A DNA stretch of 62,738 nucleotides, filler included, from Blastocystis sp. subtype 4 (Eukaryota), in assembly GCF_000743755.1 (NCBI RefSeq). It is 2 parts of 2 records of this genome, joined end to end, with 100 filler letters (N's around TTAATTAATTAA, not from the genome) between each part and the next. Parts side by side here need not be neighbours in the genome. Positions count along the whole stretch, not along the records: positions 1 to 31,346 come from NW_014569435.1; 1 more part is not named here. One strand, given 5' to 3'. Below, piece by piece: positions 12,368 through 25,745 of this stretch. The position numbers and the translations under genes were made by a program. Under the pieces are notes generated by a model. The model had not been told where the DNA came from. It made no database searches and saw only the letters and a program-made list of their open reading frames with translations. How positions within the stretch are numbered: the stretch's first letter is position 1; the number at the start of each line of letters is the position of its first letter.

Positions 12368-14360
12368 ATGTCTGAAGATGCTAAAAAGGTATGTTCCATA
12401 TTAAGAAATGAGACTCAGGTCGCATTCACCTCTTCTTCGGAAACAGTGAATGAAGTGCTTCCAATGGGTTTGGAGAAGGTGCTTAATTGTAAACAAGTGA
12501 GATCAATTCTCATTGCTTACATGTAGGATACTGACGATAGAATCAATGGAATCTTTGATGAAAATGACCCACAAGTGAAGAAATGAAAGGAATCTGATAT
12601 GTAGATCAAACATGATATTGTTCAGATGATTCTTCAATATCTTTCAGCTAATGGGTAATTATTGAATTGTAGAAGTGATTGGAATAGGCTAAGCACATCT
12701 GCTGTTGTTCTTCAAGAAGAATCAGGTTTAGTGAGTCGTGATCATTCCAATCGTATTCCAGTCGTGAAAGAATTGCGAACCAGAGTAATGAATGGGGAAT
12801 GGGAAATGGTAGAGTCAATCGTGAAAGAGCAATTTGATGAAGAGTACTTTACTTTATTTCTCTCTTATCTCTAGACGTCAAAAACCACTATTATACCAAA
12901 TCTATCGACAAGTGTATTTGGAGTTCATTTCTCGTAGTGAGTTCCAAAAGGCACTCCAATATCTATTTAAAGTGCTTAAACCGCTCGAAACCGTAAGCAA
13001 TTCCTTCGGGCAACAAGAATTCATGGAATTATGCTACTTGCTCACAGAAAAGTCTGTCCAATCCTCATCCTATTTCAGACACTGGCCAGCTATTCCCAAA
13101 GCCAGAGAAATCCTTGCTGATAAATTGTCACGCGAATTCGTGGGTGAAACTGTTATTGTCGAAAAACCCGTATCTTTGAATGTACTGACTTAATGTCAGA
13201 TTCCCGCAAATCGACTCGTTCATCTTCTCAAGCAAGCCTTTGTATTCCAGACACAGAAGCCTCGTTGCACTGAGGTGTTCCCTCCTATGAGTTCACTTCT
13301 GGAGGATTACAACCAATATGCCTTGCCAAGTGTGCTTCATTCTTTCCCTGAACACATCCGTGGACCTGTTCGAGTAGGACTATGGGAATAATAGGACGTA
13401 GAACTGTTCTGTAATTCATTCGTCACTCTATGCTATTGCTAGTCACTCTGCTGTATATCTCTGGGATGGCATGAATACTCTTAACAAACTTAGCGACTGT
13501 GGAAGTACTGTCTGGGATCTGGATGTGTCTTGTGATGGACAGTTGTTGATGGCTGGATCAGCAGATGGCATTATTCGGTCCAGTTCTGTTCACTGTGTAA
13601 TTCTTAGGATTTGGCGAACTTCATCGTTTTCTGAACCCCTCACATTAACAACCAATCAGAACGATTTGTATTCCATAGCAGCGCATCCTGTAGTTCCGCA
13701 ATTCATCCTTTCTGGAGGATTCAATGGAACTGTGGAATTGTGGAATTCCGAAACAAGCCGCATTTTGAAGGTAGAAACAAGGAGAGAATTTGATTTAGCA
13801 ATACTCACCACATTCTAGTTCTGTTTCTGCACTTACCGTTAATCCCGCGGGGAACCTCGCCATTTCAGGAGGGAAAGATCAACGGATTGCTGTTTGGGAT
13901 TTGGTGAATTTATGCGAAGTTACAGTAGTTGAAGACGGATTGAAAGAGATTACAGGATTAGCTTGTAGTAGTTGTGGTAATCTAGTTGCTGTTGCCGATC
14001 GAAGTGTAGTTGATGAATAACCCTTTGATAGATAGAATTGTCACCATCTCGTGGACTTAAGGACGAACTGCGTGGAAATGGCCTTCCGAGGAGTAATGAA
14101 TACTCGATCGAATTTCCTTCGAATCCACTTTCTGAATGATGTATTCATTTACTCTGGGAATGAAATGGGATCAGTGTAGGGGACTGGAGTGTGGCTTTAG
14201 GTTTAGATGCATTTGGGATATTCGAAATCAGAAGATGATTTCATCGTTGAAGTCTCCAAGAGGAAGTGGAGCCATTCTTGATTGTGCATACTTTCGAGAA
14301 AATGGAAAGATGGTTGCCGGAACTAGTGATGGTTCATTATGTCAATGGACATGCCCATAA
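12368..14360 (+). CDS. LisH/CTLH + WD40 repeat protein
   Basis: LisH IVQMILQYLSANGLSTSAVVLQEESG, CTLH LLYQIYRQVYLE, WD repeats (GSADGIIRIW, GGFNGTVELW, GGKDQRIAVWD). TAA at 14358-14360, 4 nt, then TGTTTGTT. Confidence 0.8.
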
Positions 14361-14634
14361 TGACTGTTTGTTAATCCATGTTTCGATTAGCCACTGGATA
14401 ATGCAAAGTGTCACAAATGAACTTTTGTAACAAACCATATACTTCTTATGCGAATAAGGAAGACATCAGCAAGTTACTCACTTGTTGCAATCTGCTTTCG
14501 TAGTTCTTCTACAAATGGTACCAGGTCCATAGATCCACTTCCGACGAAACAAACATCATTTCGCGACAGCCATTATCGGGCGTTTCATAATTCATCCAAT
14601 TCTCATCTCATCAGAAAAGAACTGAATTACCGTA

Positions 14635-15649
14635 ATGTCTTCTCTTTTATTCACGTTTTTGGCTGTCATTTCTGTGGTTATGGCTGCTACAGCCTCCTGC
14701 AATTATGAAGCACAGAAGGGTTTGACGTTCGATCTGAGCCCTCTGATGAACAATCAACAAGATTATTATGTCTACGACCACCTTGGAGTAACTGGAAACA
14801 AAACGTAGGAGGCTGGACTGAATTAGGTAATCTTCTTAGTTTTGTGTTTAATATTTGCCGTGATGTGGTCAGTATCCCTAAAGATGGTAATGGAGGTAAC
14901 AACTGCCAAAGAACGGTACATGATTTGGATAGTGACGGTAATGAGATCCTTGAGAGTCGTCCTGTTCCCGTTTTCCTTGTAGATCAGGATTCGGATGATT
15001 GTCGTCGTATGGCTGGTTCTCTGGAAGATGAAGGCAATATCTACTGGTCCCCTTATGGTACTATTCAACAACTTGTGTAATCTAACTAGACTATACTGAT
15101 AAAGCTGCTGGAGTCTCCCTTCGTTATGATAATGGTGACTATTACTTTTCTGGATGGTTGTATTACGGAACAGTGCTGAGCATCCGTTGTTCGGATCGTA
15201 CTACTATTCCGACTAGTGCCGATGTCCAGCGTTATGGAATCAGCACATACACTATTTGGTTGGATTCGATTTATGCTTGTCCTGCAGGTATATGATAATG
15301 ATGGTTATTACATGTAGAGTGTTATCCCAAGAGTGATGGTACCATTTGCAATGGTCATGGTATTTGTATGAATGATGAAAGTGTGGAGGCTACACGATGC
15401 TTTTGCAATACTGGTCGAAAGGGTGAGGACTGTTCGAAGAGTGTTGGTCTGTCTATGACTAACTATGTGATGATTGTTGATATTGTGGCTGTTATTGTTG
15501 TCGTTATCACCATGTGAGTTTTATAGTGAGTATTTATCGTTAGTATCTACTTGGGTTGCAAGCTGCGAAAGATTAGACTGGATCCTGATGCTGATGTTTC
15601 CCTTGATACGAAGTTCAATGAACTTGGATCAATTGCTTACACCCTTTAA
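14635..15649 (+). CDS. Type I membrane protein with MRH (M6P-receptor homology) and EGF-like domains
   Basis: Signal peptide, FDLSPL / FVFNICR / YACP MRH motifs, EGF CNGHGICM..CFCNTGRKGEDC, TM helix and short cytosolic tail. Confidence 0.7.
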
Positions 15650-15704
15650 GTACGCTGCTTAAGGATTTGTTGCCATTCCTTATTGTATCCTGTTTCTTAA
15701 ATTC

Positions 15705-16271
15705 ATGAATCGAATTTCCTTTGTCCGAAGTCTTGCTTGTAGTTATCGGACTCTGTCAATGACACCTTTGACACGAATTCGAAGTTTCGCTACAGGTATG
15801 ATTCTCTTGGAATGGACTTACTTTGTAGAAGCAGAAAATGTGGATGAAAGAATTACGATGACTCCCGATTGTGCAAAAGTGAGAATAGGTTACTATTTTG
15901 ATATGTAGCATATTCAGAAGATTGCTCAAAAGAAAAGCAAGTCGCTGGATGATGTTCATTTAAGAATCCATGTTCAATCAGGTGGTTGTTCTGGATTACA
16001 GTACAAGTTCACCATGGACTATGACAAAGTATATGACTACGACAAGTATGATTATTCTTAATCATTTTTGACAAAAAGAGAATTCGTTGATTCTACAGGT
16101 GCTCGAATTGTTGTCGATACTGTTTCCTTCCCATACGTGAAGGGTTGTGTGGTGGATTGGCAAGATGATTTGGTGAGAACGGGATTCACTGTAGCGAAGA
16201 ATCCTAATGCTGCTGCATCATGTAGCTGTGGTACATCTTTTACTGCTAAATCTGATAGTCGTTACGACTAA
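15705..16271 (+). CDS. ISCA2: Iron-sulfur cluster assembly A-type carrier (Isa2-like)
   Basis: GGCSGLQY and SCSCGTSF motifs; Arg/Ser-rich presequence. Confidence 0.88.
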
Positions 16272-16330
16272 CTGCGTGTTTTGCTAAGAACAAACAAAGA
16301 TACCATTCTATCTATCAGTCATGAATACAT

Positions 16331-17326
16331 TCACTTTCCTACTCTTTCTACATCCTCATCAATACGATTATCGGGCATTGTTACATGAATCACCTCTGTT
16401 CCCAATTTGGATTTGTTTAGAAACTCGGCGGCAATATGTGCTGAATCAGGTTTAATATAACTACCCTTAATTCCATCTCTTGATCCCACTATGCAACGGC
16501 GTCACAAGTTCCCTTTCCATTATCCCATATTACAAGGTGGCGATGCTGCTTTCCAGATTTCGTCACAATTTCGAGAGACCCAATACGTTCTAACCATTCT
16601 TCCATATCTTGACGGCGAATTGAATGGGAGAATTCATGAATGTACAAACGATTATTTGGACAGTTTCGTGGACAATCACAAGAACAATTGCCAGTGGTTC
16701 TGTATTTAAAATCGGAATGGCTCACTTTTGGCTCTGGGGCACGAATATCCTCTTCTTTCGCATACTGAATGTATTTTGTAGAAACACTTGTAGAAGAAAT
16801 GGGTTCAAATGTTGCAAAAGCGATATAAGAATCCTTAGGAACAGGTTTAGAGGCAATTATTTCCTCCCTTTCTGAAAGGATCATTTGAGAAGGCGGCCTA
16901 GAATACATCCCTGAATAAGCAATAGACTCCTCCATTGCGATACAATAATTGCAGACCATACAGGAGATTCGACTAACATTGTTGAATCGATCACATTTTG
17001 GACATTTCCACTCATCATATATGCCGGCTTCATCTTCATATTTACAAAATCCATATACTTGTACCGGGATCTAAGTGAATGAACTCACGCTTTGGTGCAC
17101 GACAGTAGGAACAATACATAGGATTCAATGTATTGGTCTTTCGACAACTACTACAGATCCATTTTAGTGTAATGTTCTTTTCACGAGAACATTTGCGAAC
17201 GAACGCCATCTTTATCCGGTCATCTATTGGCGATTTTAATGGAGGCATCGGGACTTGACCAGATGGGAACGGCCTAGGTATCCGTTGTAACGGTAGCACA
17301 GGCTGAAACCGTTTCTTGTGATTCAT
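16331..17326 (-). CDS. RanBP2-type zinc-finger protein
   Basis: WICSSCRKTN..YCSYCRAPK and WKCPKCDRFN..CMVC match W-x-C-x2-C-x3-N-x6-C-x2-C. Minus-strand motif at 16289-16296. Confidence 0.65.
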
Positions 17327-17371
17327 TCAACCACGATGGAAAACTGTGAACAAAAATGTAAAACAAACACG

Positions 17372-19015
17372 TTACTGCTCCTCACTGTCACTAAACTCCT
17401 CCCGATCTTCTTCATACTTCTCCACTTCTCGAATATCTTCCACTAAAGTTCATTCCTCTGTCAGTTTCCTACCCTCAGTTTCATTTACTTCCTTAAATCG
17501 CTTCACACGATTTCGATGTTTCCTTGATTTCTTTTGGTCAGGATCGCGCTGTTTTTTCACCAAAATCACATCGGGAATACTGTCAGGCTATTGATTACAC
17601 TTTCAATCCTTTCACACATCGTATTTATCCAATTCATCACAATTCCACACTGTCGATCGCATATCGTATCCTAACACCAAATCGCCGGCTTGAAGGATGT
17701 TTCCGAGATGTGAACGAACAATACAGCTGGAATCAGAGACACCAAAGTCATCAGATCGAATGACCTCAATATCTGCCAACAGATATTTCTGAGAATCATC
17801 TTTGTTCTTTCCATATTGCTCATTCACTGGAACTACATCCAATACCGTAAACTCTTTAAGGCCTGATGCGACAAGAAGTGTTGTGAATGGATACTTAGAA
17901 TACATAAGAGAAGATACAGAAATAACCTAGAATTCAGTATAAGAAGAGTAAGATACCTTAGCAGTAGAAGGATGGATAAATGACAAAGAAGTGCTAATCT
18001 TGTTACAAACGACGAGAGGAAGAGAGAGTTGATTTGCACAACCCTTTGGCAGTAATACGAGATCGTCCTTACACACAGGAGAGAGTTCAATGTAGAATTG
18101 GTGTTCAAAGTATCCTATATTGCTTTTTAGATCCTGATATTTCAATTTCATACTTCCTTTAACACTAGAATTAACAACAATGAGAACATGCACATGCACA
18201 TGACTTGCGTCTTGATGTATTCAACGAATTGCTGAGCTTCGATTCGTTTTGCAAAGTAGAAATCCAATCCACCATTCACAATCTACATCACAGGTACAAT
18301 GCATTCTTACTTGAACTCCAATACTATCTGAATGTCTTCCTGTGTTAACAAGATTCTGTTCAAGCCAGAGAAGTGTCCGTTTATGGTCAACCTAATTCAA
18401 AGACAGTGAAAAGGAGTACTTTCTGCCGAATTTTAACAATTGCTTCCCATGTGTTTTCTGTTTCCAGTTTGTAACACTCATCACACAAATGCATCACTTG
18501 AATAAAGGTTACACGTGTTTTACCCTAGAATCAATGATGTAAACAACTCATACAATAATGCTGAAACCATTTCGAATTTCCTTCTTCAATTCCAATTCGA
18601 TAATGATTCGATGACTATGAGGCTCTGTCCAGATGAAATGAGCATCCACCAACTCGTTCTACAGATAAGAGATTGAAATTTAAATGAACTTTATTCAACC
18701 CCTTGATCATCTTCAACATGATCCCCAGCTCTTCGACAGATTCCCTTTCCACTTGAACCCAATGTTTCGATGGTGTCAATAACCTACATGATTACAATAT
18801 GTTAGGATATACCTATTGCATTGTTTGCAATATGTAATTGAGATTTCGGGTTCAATTCCTTCAGCAATATTAGTGTTGTTGATAATACAGTTATTACACA
18901 TCGAAGCTCCACTTCCGGGAATGTCAACTCCGCACAAACAACACTTTCTATCAATGATCTGAATTCTACAAGGTATATACACTGTACACAGGCGATTATC
19001 CGGAACTAGACTCAT
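17372..19015 (-). CDS. NMD3: 60S ribosomal export adaptor NMD3
   Basis: CCLCG..CNNC / CKQCNRY zinc motifs, WTEPHS, ELSPVCKDDLVLLP, RSHLGNILQAGDLVLGYD. Confidence 0.92.
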
Positions 19016-19165
19016 ATAGTAAAGAAAAGAATGAGATACAAAAAAGAATTAGTATTAGGATTCATATTGATCTGTGAGATAGGAACGATAACTGTGTAGA
19101 TTCATCTCGGCTTGGTTCTTGTTTCGTTGTTCATGAATTGTTTATGATTAGAGTCATTGTTTGGG

Positions 19166-22100
19166 ATGGATACGGAGATGAATGAAGTATGTGAAACAGC
19201 ACAATTGCAGGGTATGATTGATTGGATGTTTTTAGAATGTCTAGAGTCAGTCCTAATGGACCTGAACATGCAGTTGAATAATTGCTTTACACAACGGGAT
19301 AAACAGAAACAACGCAATTCCATCCTCCAGATTTGCACTTTGGTAGATAGCGACATAATAACAGATAATCTACTCGCAGAGGCTTGTCAAGAACAATTGA
19401 AATCGTTTTCTCATTCTACAGCCTTCTTTGAGTGTTTTCGATTCTTTATCTTCAATAGTGGTATTCAAAAGTTGCTTTCTAAGGTAGATTCTAGACTCTC
19501 GTTTCACTGTAGTGCAATTTGTTTCGTCAAGTTTTGACAACATTTGTCATTGACTCTATTTGCTCCTATTCTCCTTCGTCATTTTGTAATGCACGATCAA
19601 ACAATGATTCTATTAATGAACTTCAAATTCTCCTTTCTATTGTTCATGTATTACTTCGCAACTATTCTTTCTCTCCATCAGAAAAGGAGTATTGTTTTTC
19701 GTTCCCTTTTATCTTCAAGTCGCTTAATTGCTATTCTTGAGTTATTCATTCGTTCTTCTACAACATCGTTCCTCATTCCATTCATTTGTTCGTGTTGTTC
19801 TCTGGTGATCAAACTTCTCTCGCTCCCTCCACTTGAGTGGTCCTCTGTTCGTTTCACTGATGATGTATTCGATACTTCTATTCGTATTCTAATCACATCT
19901 ACTCATTCCTTAGTCTATGTACAGATGAAGTCAGTAACATTGAAAGATTCGATTAGTGATGATACAAAAGATGCTGTGAATACTGTGTACCATGACATTC
20001 TCATTCATTCTTTCAGTTGTTCTGAACTCGTTCAACACTTCAGTATTCAAATATGGCTTCTGTTAATCCAGCTATTACCTGCTACGATCGCTTGTCTTCA
20101 AGAATCCATACTTCAGCAATTCATTACTTCAACCTTGGAAATATCGATTAGTATGAGTACTTTTAATGATCATGACGGCCTTTCTAAACAGTTTTTCATG
20201 CTTTTGGTTGAACAGAGTTCAATTCTCCCCCATTGTTCATTTCACGAACTTCTTTCATTTCTCTTGCATTACCAAGGCTTAACTAGCAACATTCCATCAT
20301 TTATCCTAATTCTACTTAACAAATATTCACTTGAATCTGAAGAATGTCAACACATCTTTATGTTTGGAATCTTTGTCTCAATGTCTTATAGATTCCTTCT
20401 TGAACAAGTATATCTAGCTCGTGTGAAGAGTGATTATATTGACTTGTTAAATAAGCTGTTAAAACAATGGAATCCAGTTTTTGTCGACATTTTCTTCTTC
20501 TTTTACATTTAGTCAAATGAACCCATTTTGATTGATCTGCCGCAATCTCTCCTCACAGAATCGCAAATCAATGCATTAAAAGGATTTCTTTTTCTCTTTC
20601 CACATATCGTGGTAATTTTTGTATTTCATTTGTTTCATGTCTAGAAGAGCTGGATGAAGACAAATCACTATGATTACATTCGATCTCTTATCAACCCTTT
20701 TCTCTTACCTTCCAAGTGCTCAATCACAGATTATCTCAATTCTCTCTCTCTCTTCAAACAGCGTCTCTTATTGCATGTATTTACTCTGTTACCTCTCCAA
20801 CGCCCTGAATTCAAAGAATATGCTGATATCTGGAATGTCATTAGTGCATCCAACATCATTCCATCAACTGAAGGAATCATCCCATTACTATGTCTACGGG
20901 GAGTATATGTCAAAGACTCTTCCGAAACACGTTTTCTTGAGGTTTTGGGAAATCCAGGAATTGCTCCGAATTGTGATGGTTTTGAGGAATGTATAGAATG
21001 ATGCTTATTTTGATTATAAGATAATGAGACCTTAGTCTGTTATCTTCACTCTTGTCACTACATGTCTGGGATTGATTTCGTGTTGAGTCAGTCTCCCTCT
21101 GAACATACTATACGGATTCTCGTAACGTTGCTTGATGTCTATGGAGAGTCTCTTCTTCAATTAGTAATCAATCATCATAAAACGGTCATTTTTAGGAATT
21201 GACTAAATTAGTTCGGATTTTCATATTTCTGATTCTGGCTCATATTAGTGGAGAAGGAAAGATTCGTGCTCTTGCCGATCAAGCGATTAAAAACTTCCCA
21301 ATTTGTGTCATTCAAGAATTCCAGAATTCGGCCCTATCTTGTACGGAATTGAACACAGTATATCAAACTATCTTGACTTCAATGCTGACCCCGTCAGATT
21401 CGAGTATCACAATGGAGTATTTGGATGAGAATGAATGGTTAGAACTATCAGAATTGTCCTCTGGAGGATGGAATGAATGGATCTCGAGAGTCATGGTGAC
21501 TCGACTGTGTTATCCAGCAGAACGTATCTTTAAGAGTGGAGTGTGTTTGTGGATACGATTGAGTGAGGCTCACATTGACTGGCGAGTACCTGGAGAGATA
21601 AGCAGTGTGTTCAGCGATGAGAGTAATTCTCTATCATTCCTCATACACTTCCTCATTGATCACTGGAATGAAGAGTCCACTCCTCTTGCTGCCTTCCTCT
21701 TCCGTCTTTCGTATTCACTCTCATTCTCTTTCATTGTAGATTGGCTATGGAGCATAATATTATTATTCCCGCGGGAATCTGGAAGATTCTACCTCTCATT
21801 CTCTGTAAGCATTTTCGCCTTATTGCTGTTACCAGTGGTCAAGGTAGAAATGCACTGGATGTGAATGAAAGCAAAAAAGAGGTAATTCCCGCAGTAATCT
21901 CAATAACCTCTGAAACGAGTATGAATGAGCGTTGGTGTCTCTGCAATGAGTATTTGATGAAGGATGAATGAATGAATAGGATTGTGAAAAAGACGGCATT
22001 AGCAAGCGGGAATTGCAATGGAGGAGAAGGAATGAGTGAAAATGGTGTAAATCTCCATTGGGAGATTGTGAGAGAGTGTTTGAAGTGTTTAACATTGTAC

Positions 22101-23508
22101 TGTGTACGATATGAGGAGGTGTCAGAAACTGACCAATTGGTCAAATTGCTACTGGAGATTAGTTGGAATACACTTCATCAAGGATTGCTACTGTGTGTAG
22201 GAGTTAATGAGATGAATGAGTAATAGTTACAACAATCTCTCATTCAGTTGTTTGTTCATTTGTTTGAACAGAAACATGATAACTCATATTTGCAAACAAT
22301 GATTCAATCAATTTGTAATTCTTCACGTACTGTCTCTTTACCTATTATCCGACGTTCTGGAGGACTTCCATTCGTTTGTTATGCTCTCATTAGTGCTTTG
22401 CAACAAGTGAATTACCCGCGGTTATCAGAGGTTATTGATACAATTGTCAATCATGTTGATGAGGACTCTGAAGACGATATGCATATTGTTCATGACCTGA
22501 ATATTGTTAAAGTCCTTATCTCATCTCCGGATTTCACACATCTGTTACATCATCACTATTTGATGTTACTAAGACGATGCCTGGTTTATCTGGATTATTC
22601 TAAGTATACTATTGAATCATTTTCTGATCACATAGTTGGAATGTGAAGTCAGCTGCATCACAAGTACTAGCAACGGTAACAAAACGTATTTTTAGAGCAA
22701 GACGAACAAGTGGAGAGAATGAATGTGCGAATCGCGTAAGCGATTTGGCAGTGAAAATGGAATTCCCTGCTTTGGAGGACATGTTGTTTTCTATTTTGTC
22801 CAATGCAAATGAATCGAATCAACGTGGTGTATTTGCAGTAGGAAGAGAGATTCGTCTAGGATGTAGACTCTCTTAATCTATGAACGTGTGATCTGTCGTC
22901 ATCAATACGAGAATCGAAAAATGCTGGATATTCTCTTCCCATTCGTGTTCCATAAGCACTACTTGGTGAGACAAGCGGCTTGTAGAGCGATTCCCGCGGT
23001 TCTCCCACTATCTCAGATTCGTCTTCATTTAGGTATATTACAACAGGAATTATTGGAGAATCATTCGTTTAACACTGTTTGTGGTTTGTTGGAATTGGTA
23101 AGATTGGAAATGGAATTGTGAGATAGATTGAGGTATATATTCGTGTTTTGGTAAGTGGAAACAGTCAAAAAGATGCTGAATTATGTATTCGAGTAGCAAT
23201 TCCCATTTGTGAGATGTATGCCAATTCGGCTATTGAAATGGTATTACTATGGTTCTGAATTCAATGGATAGATTTCTCTTCATGCACTTCAGATTCTTGA
23301 AATCGCCGTCCATCGAGAAACAATTGAAGAGAACATTTCATTGTCTTCTAAAGTCCAACTCATTCCTTCTCCACTGAATGAGAAGCTAATTGAGGTCTAT
23401 GAGCAAGTCTTGCTGCCGCTCTCGTCCAAGCACTCTACTTGTGTTCAACGGGCAATAAAAGCAATTTCTTTGCATACTAGTTTGGATACAGCGCATTTGA
23501 TTCATTGA
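19166..23508 (+). CDS. THADA: THADA/Trm732-like ARM-repeat protein (DUF2428)
   Basis: Long helical multi-exon gene with IIRRSGGLPF (THADA RRSAGLP) preceded by LHQG, and VHDLNIVK. Confidence 0.65.
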
Positions 23509-23518
23509 AGTGTTTGTT

Positions 23519-24006
23519 ATGATGTCGTTTGTTGCTAGAGCTGCACCGACACTCTTCAGAAGAGTTTCCGCTCCTGTATTCACGAGAAGGTTTGGAGGTA
23601 CGTAATCCAGAACACTTGATCATTATAGTTGAGTTCTCCATCCATTCTGTTGCAGATGATGATACTATGGAGGTAGAAGCAGAAAAAGGAAGTACTATTC
23701 TCGATGTATGTCAGGAAAACGGTGTTGAGATTACTGGTATTTGCAATTCTATTATCTCATATCAAGCTGTCTGTTCAGGAGGTGGTAGCTGTGGTAGTTG
23801 TCATGTCATTCTGCCCAAGGATCTCTTTGATGCAGTAGAACCCCCAAACGATCTTGAAAAGGATCTGCTAACTAATGTTGTATTTGGGGTGAAGCCAACG
23901 TGATTCCTATGAAATGTCTCTGAAGTGTAGTTCTCGTCTTGCATGCAGACTTAAGATTGATGAAAAGTACGCAGGCAAGATTGTCGAAGTACCAATGCCA
24001 CTGTAA
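23519..24006 (+). CDS. [2Fe-2S] ferredoxin (adrenodoxin type), organelle-targeted
   Basis: CSGGGSCGSCHVI...SRLAC; presequence MMSFVARAAPTLFRRVSAPVFTRR. Confidence 0.88.
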
Positions 24007-24236
24007 TGGGATTTTAAGTTGTTTTTTGTTTGGCAAACGATCATATAATCCATTTAGCAGTGCTATAATGAAATCCTTAGTAATCTCCTCAACATGGCAA
24101 AGTATTGATGTATAGTAGATAGTTATTATTATATTTCTCCTGATTCCACGTGAAAACATTTCATCAGAACGTTGATTCTTTCTCACAATACACCGCGGGG
24201 ATCATCCAGTATAGAAACTTCTTAAAGAAAGAACTG

Positions 24237-25646
24237 ATGATACCCAGTTTTGGGTGGAGTACGGTAGGGACAGAGCAGAATGACCCCGATACAGTCAATA
24301 ACCTCCTGTTTGGACATATCGAAGCAACACCTAGTTATGTGGATATATTTAATGACCAAATGGATGATTCATCATCCTTTGGATTATTGGGAAATTCAAA
24401 ATCCGATGATAATGGTATGTTCGCTTTGGAAAATCATTTACCCTTAAATGAAAGTATTCAAATCCCGGAAGCAAACTGTAGGTAATTCTTTAATGGAATA
24501 ATGGAATAGCCTTCGCTATGGACCAATCTCCAGTAGAAGAGATGATGAAATCGGATGGCAACAGTTTAAGTTCAGAGTAGCTGCTTTTGTGTTCATTTAT
24601 ACATAGAATATTGGGTGCTGATTCTATTCCTCAACAACCCCTATATCAGCCAGTATTGAACATCGACATGCCTCTCCCTGCATTGCAAATTCCGGTTCGT
24701 GCCCCTGTGAGATCCAATCCGACCTCTAGAAAGCAAAGTATTTTTGTATCGTAGAGTACAATATAGTCCATAATTCATCGGAAAAGAGACGTGTGGAGAG
24801 GATGAATCAGAAGATCGATGAGTTGTACCATATTATCACGGTAAGGTTTCATATTTGCTTCGAATTGTAGTCTACAGGCACAATCATAAACAAAAGCAAA
24901 ATCAACGTTCTTATGGAAACGGTGAAATACATTCGCCATTTACAGAGTCAGATCCGCAATCTTCGGGAGCAAACTAAAATGGCAGAAGAGAAGGCAAATC
25001 GCCGAATGGATCAGATGAACGAAATTGTGCAGAGCCAGAAGATTAATTATCATGTTCTGTTTTTGCAATCACCTGTTCCAATGGCTATTTTGAGTACAGA
25101 TGGCCAGTTTGTAGATGCCAACAGCCAATTCTGCTGGTATAGGTATTTTGATGTGCTCATATGTAGTCTAACACGGTCTACATTGGATACACTAAAAACG
25201 ATGACATTATTTCGATTCACCCATCCTGATGATTTACCTTGTGCTTTTGGGTACTTGCTGGAATTAATACTGACACATAGAAGTTACTCATATATGCTTC
25301 ACAGCAAGTTGGAATCTCCTTCTCAATGCATCATTCGTCATTGTGTGATTGGAGGGAGTATCCAACCTGTGTATTTTTCTCTCACATTGATCCGTGATAA
25401 GCATCATGCCGCTTGCGGATTTGTTTGCACAATTCTTCCAGTGCTTTCGTGTGATTGTACAGGCAATTGCAATTCCAGGTAGGAATGAGAGATTGGAGTG
25501 ATTATTTTAGTCGGCAGTGTTCAGGACAGCTGAAGAGTCCTCAAGGCAATTACTACCTGATTTGTAATCCGCCAGAAACAATTCCTTGTTGTTCTCGATT
25601 GATCGGAGCAATTTCAGGTGAAGGAGAATGTGGTAATGGTTGCTGA
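24237..25646 (+). CDS. bHLH-PAS transcription factor
   Basis: bHLH HNSSEKRRVERMNQKIDELY...SKINVLMETVKYIRHLQ followed by PAS LFLQSPVPMAILSTDGQFVDANSQFC...FTHPDDL. Confidence 0.8.
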
Positions 25647-25745
25647 GTCTTTGTTCTCTTTGTTTGATACCTTTGTTACACCGCGGGCTTTTTACCTCCA
25701 ATTAGGTTCAGTAGAATTGGGTTGGATTTTGCAGAATTCAAAGAT

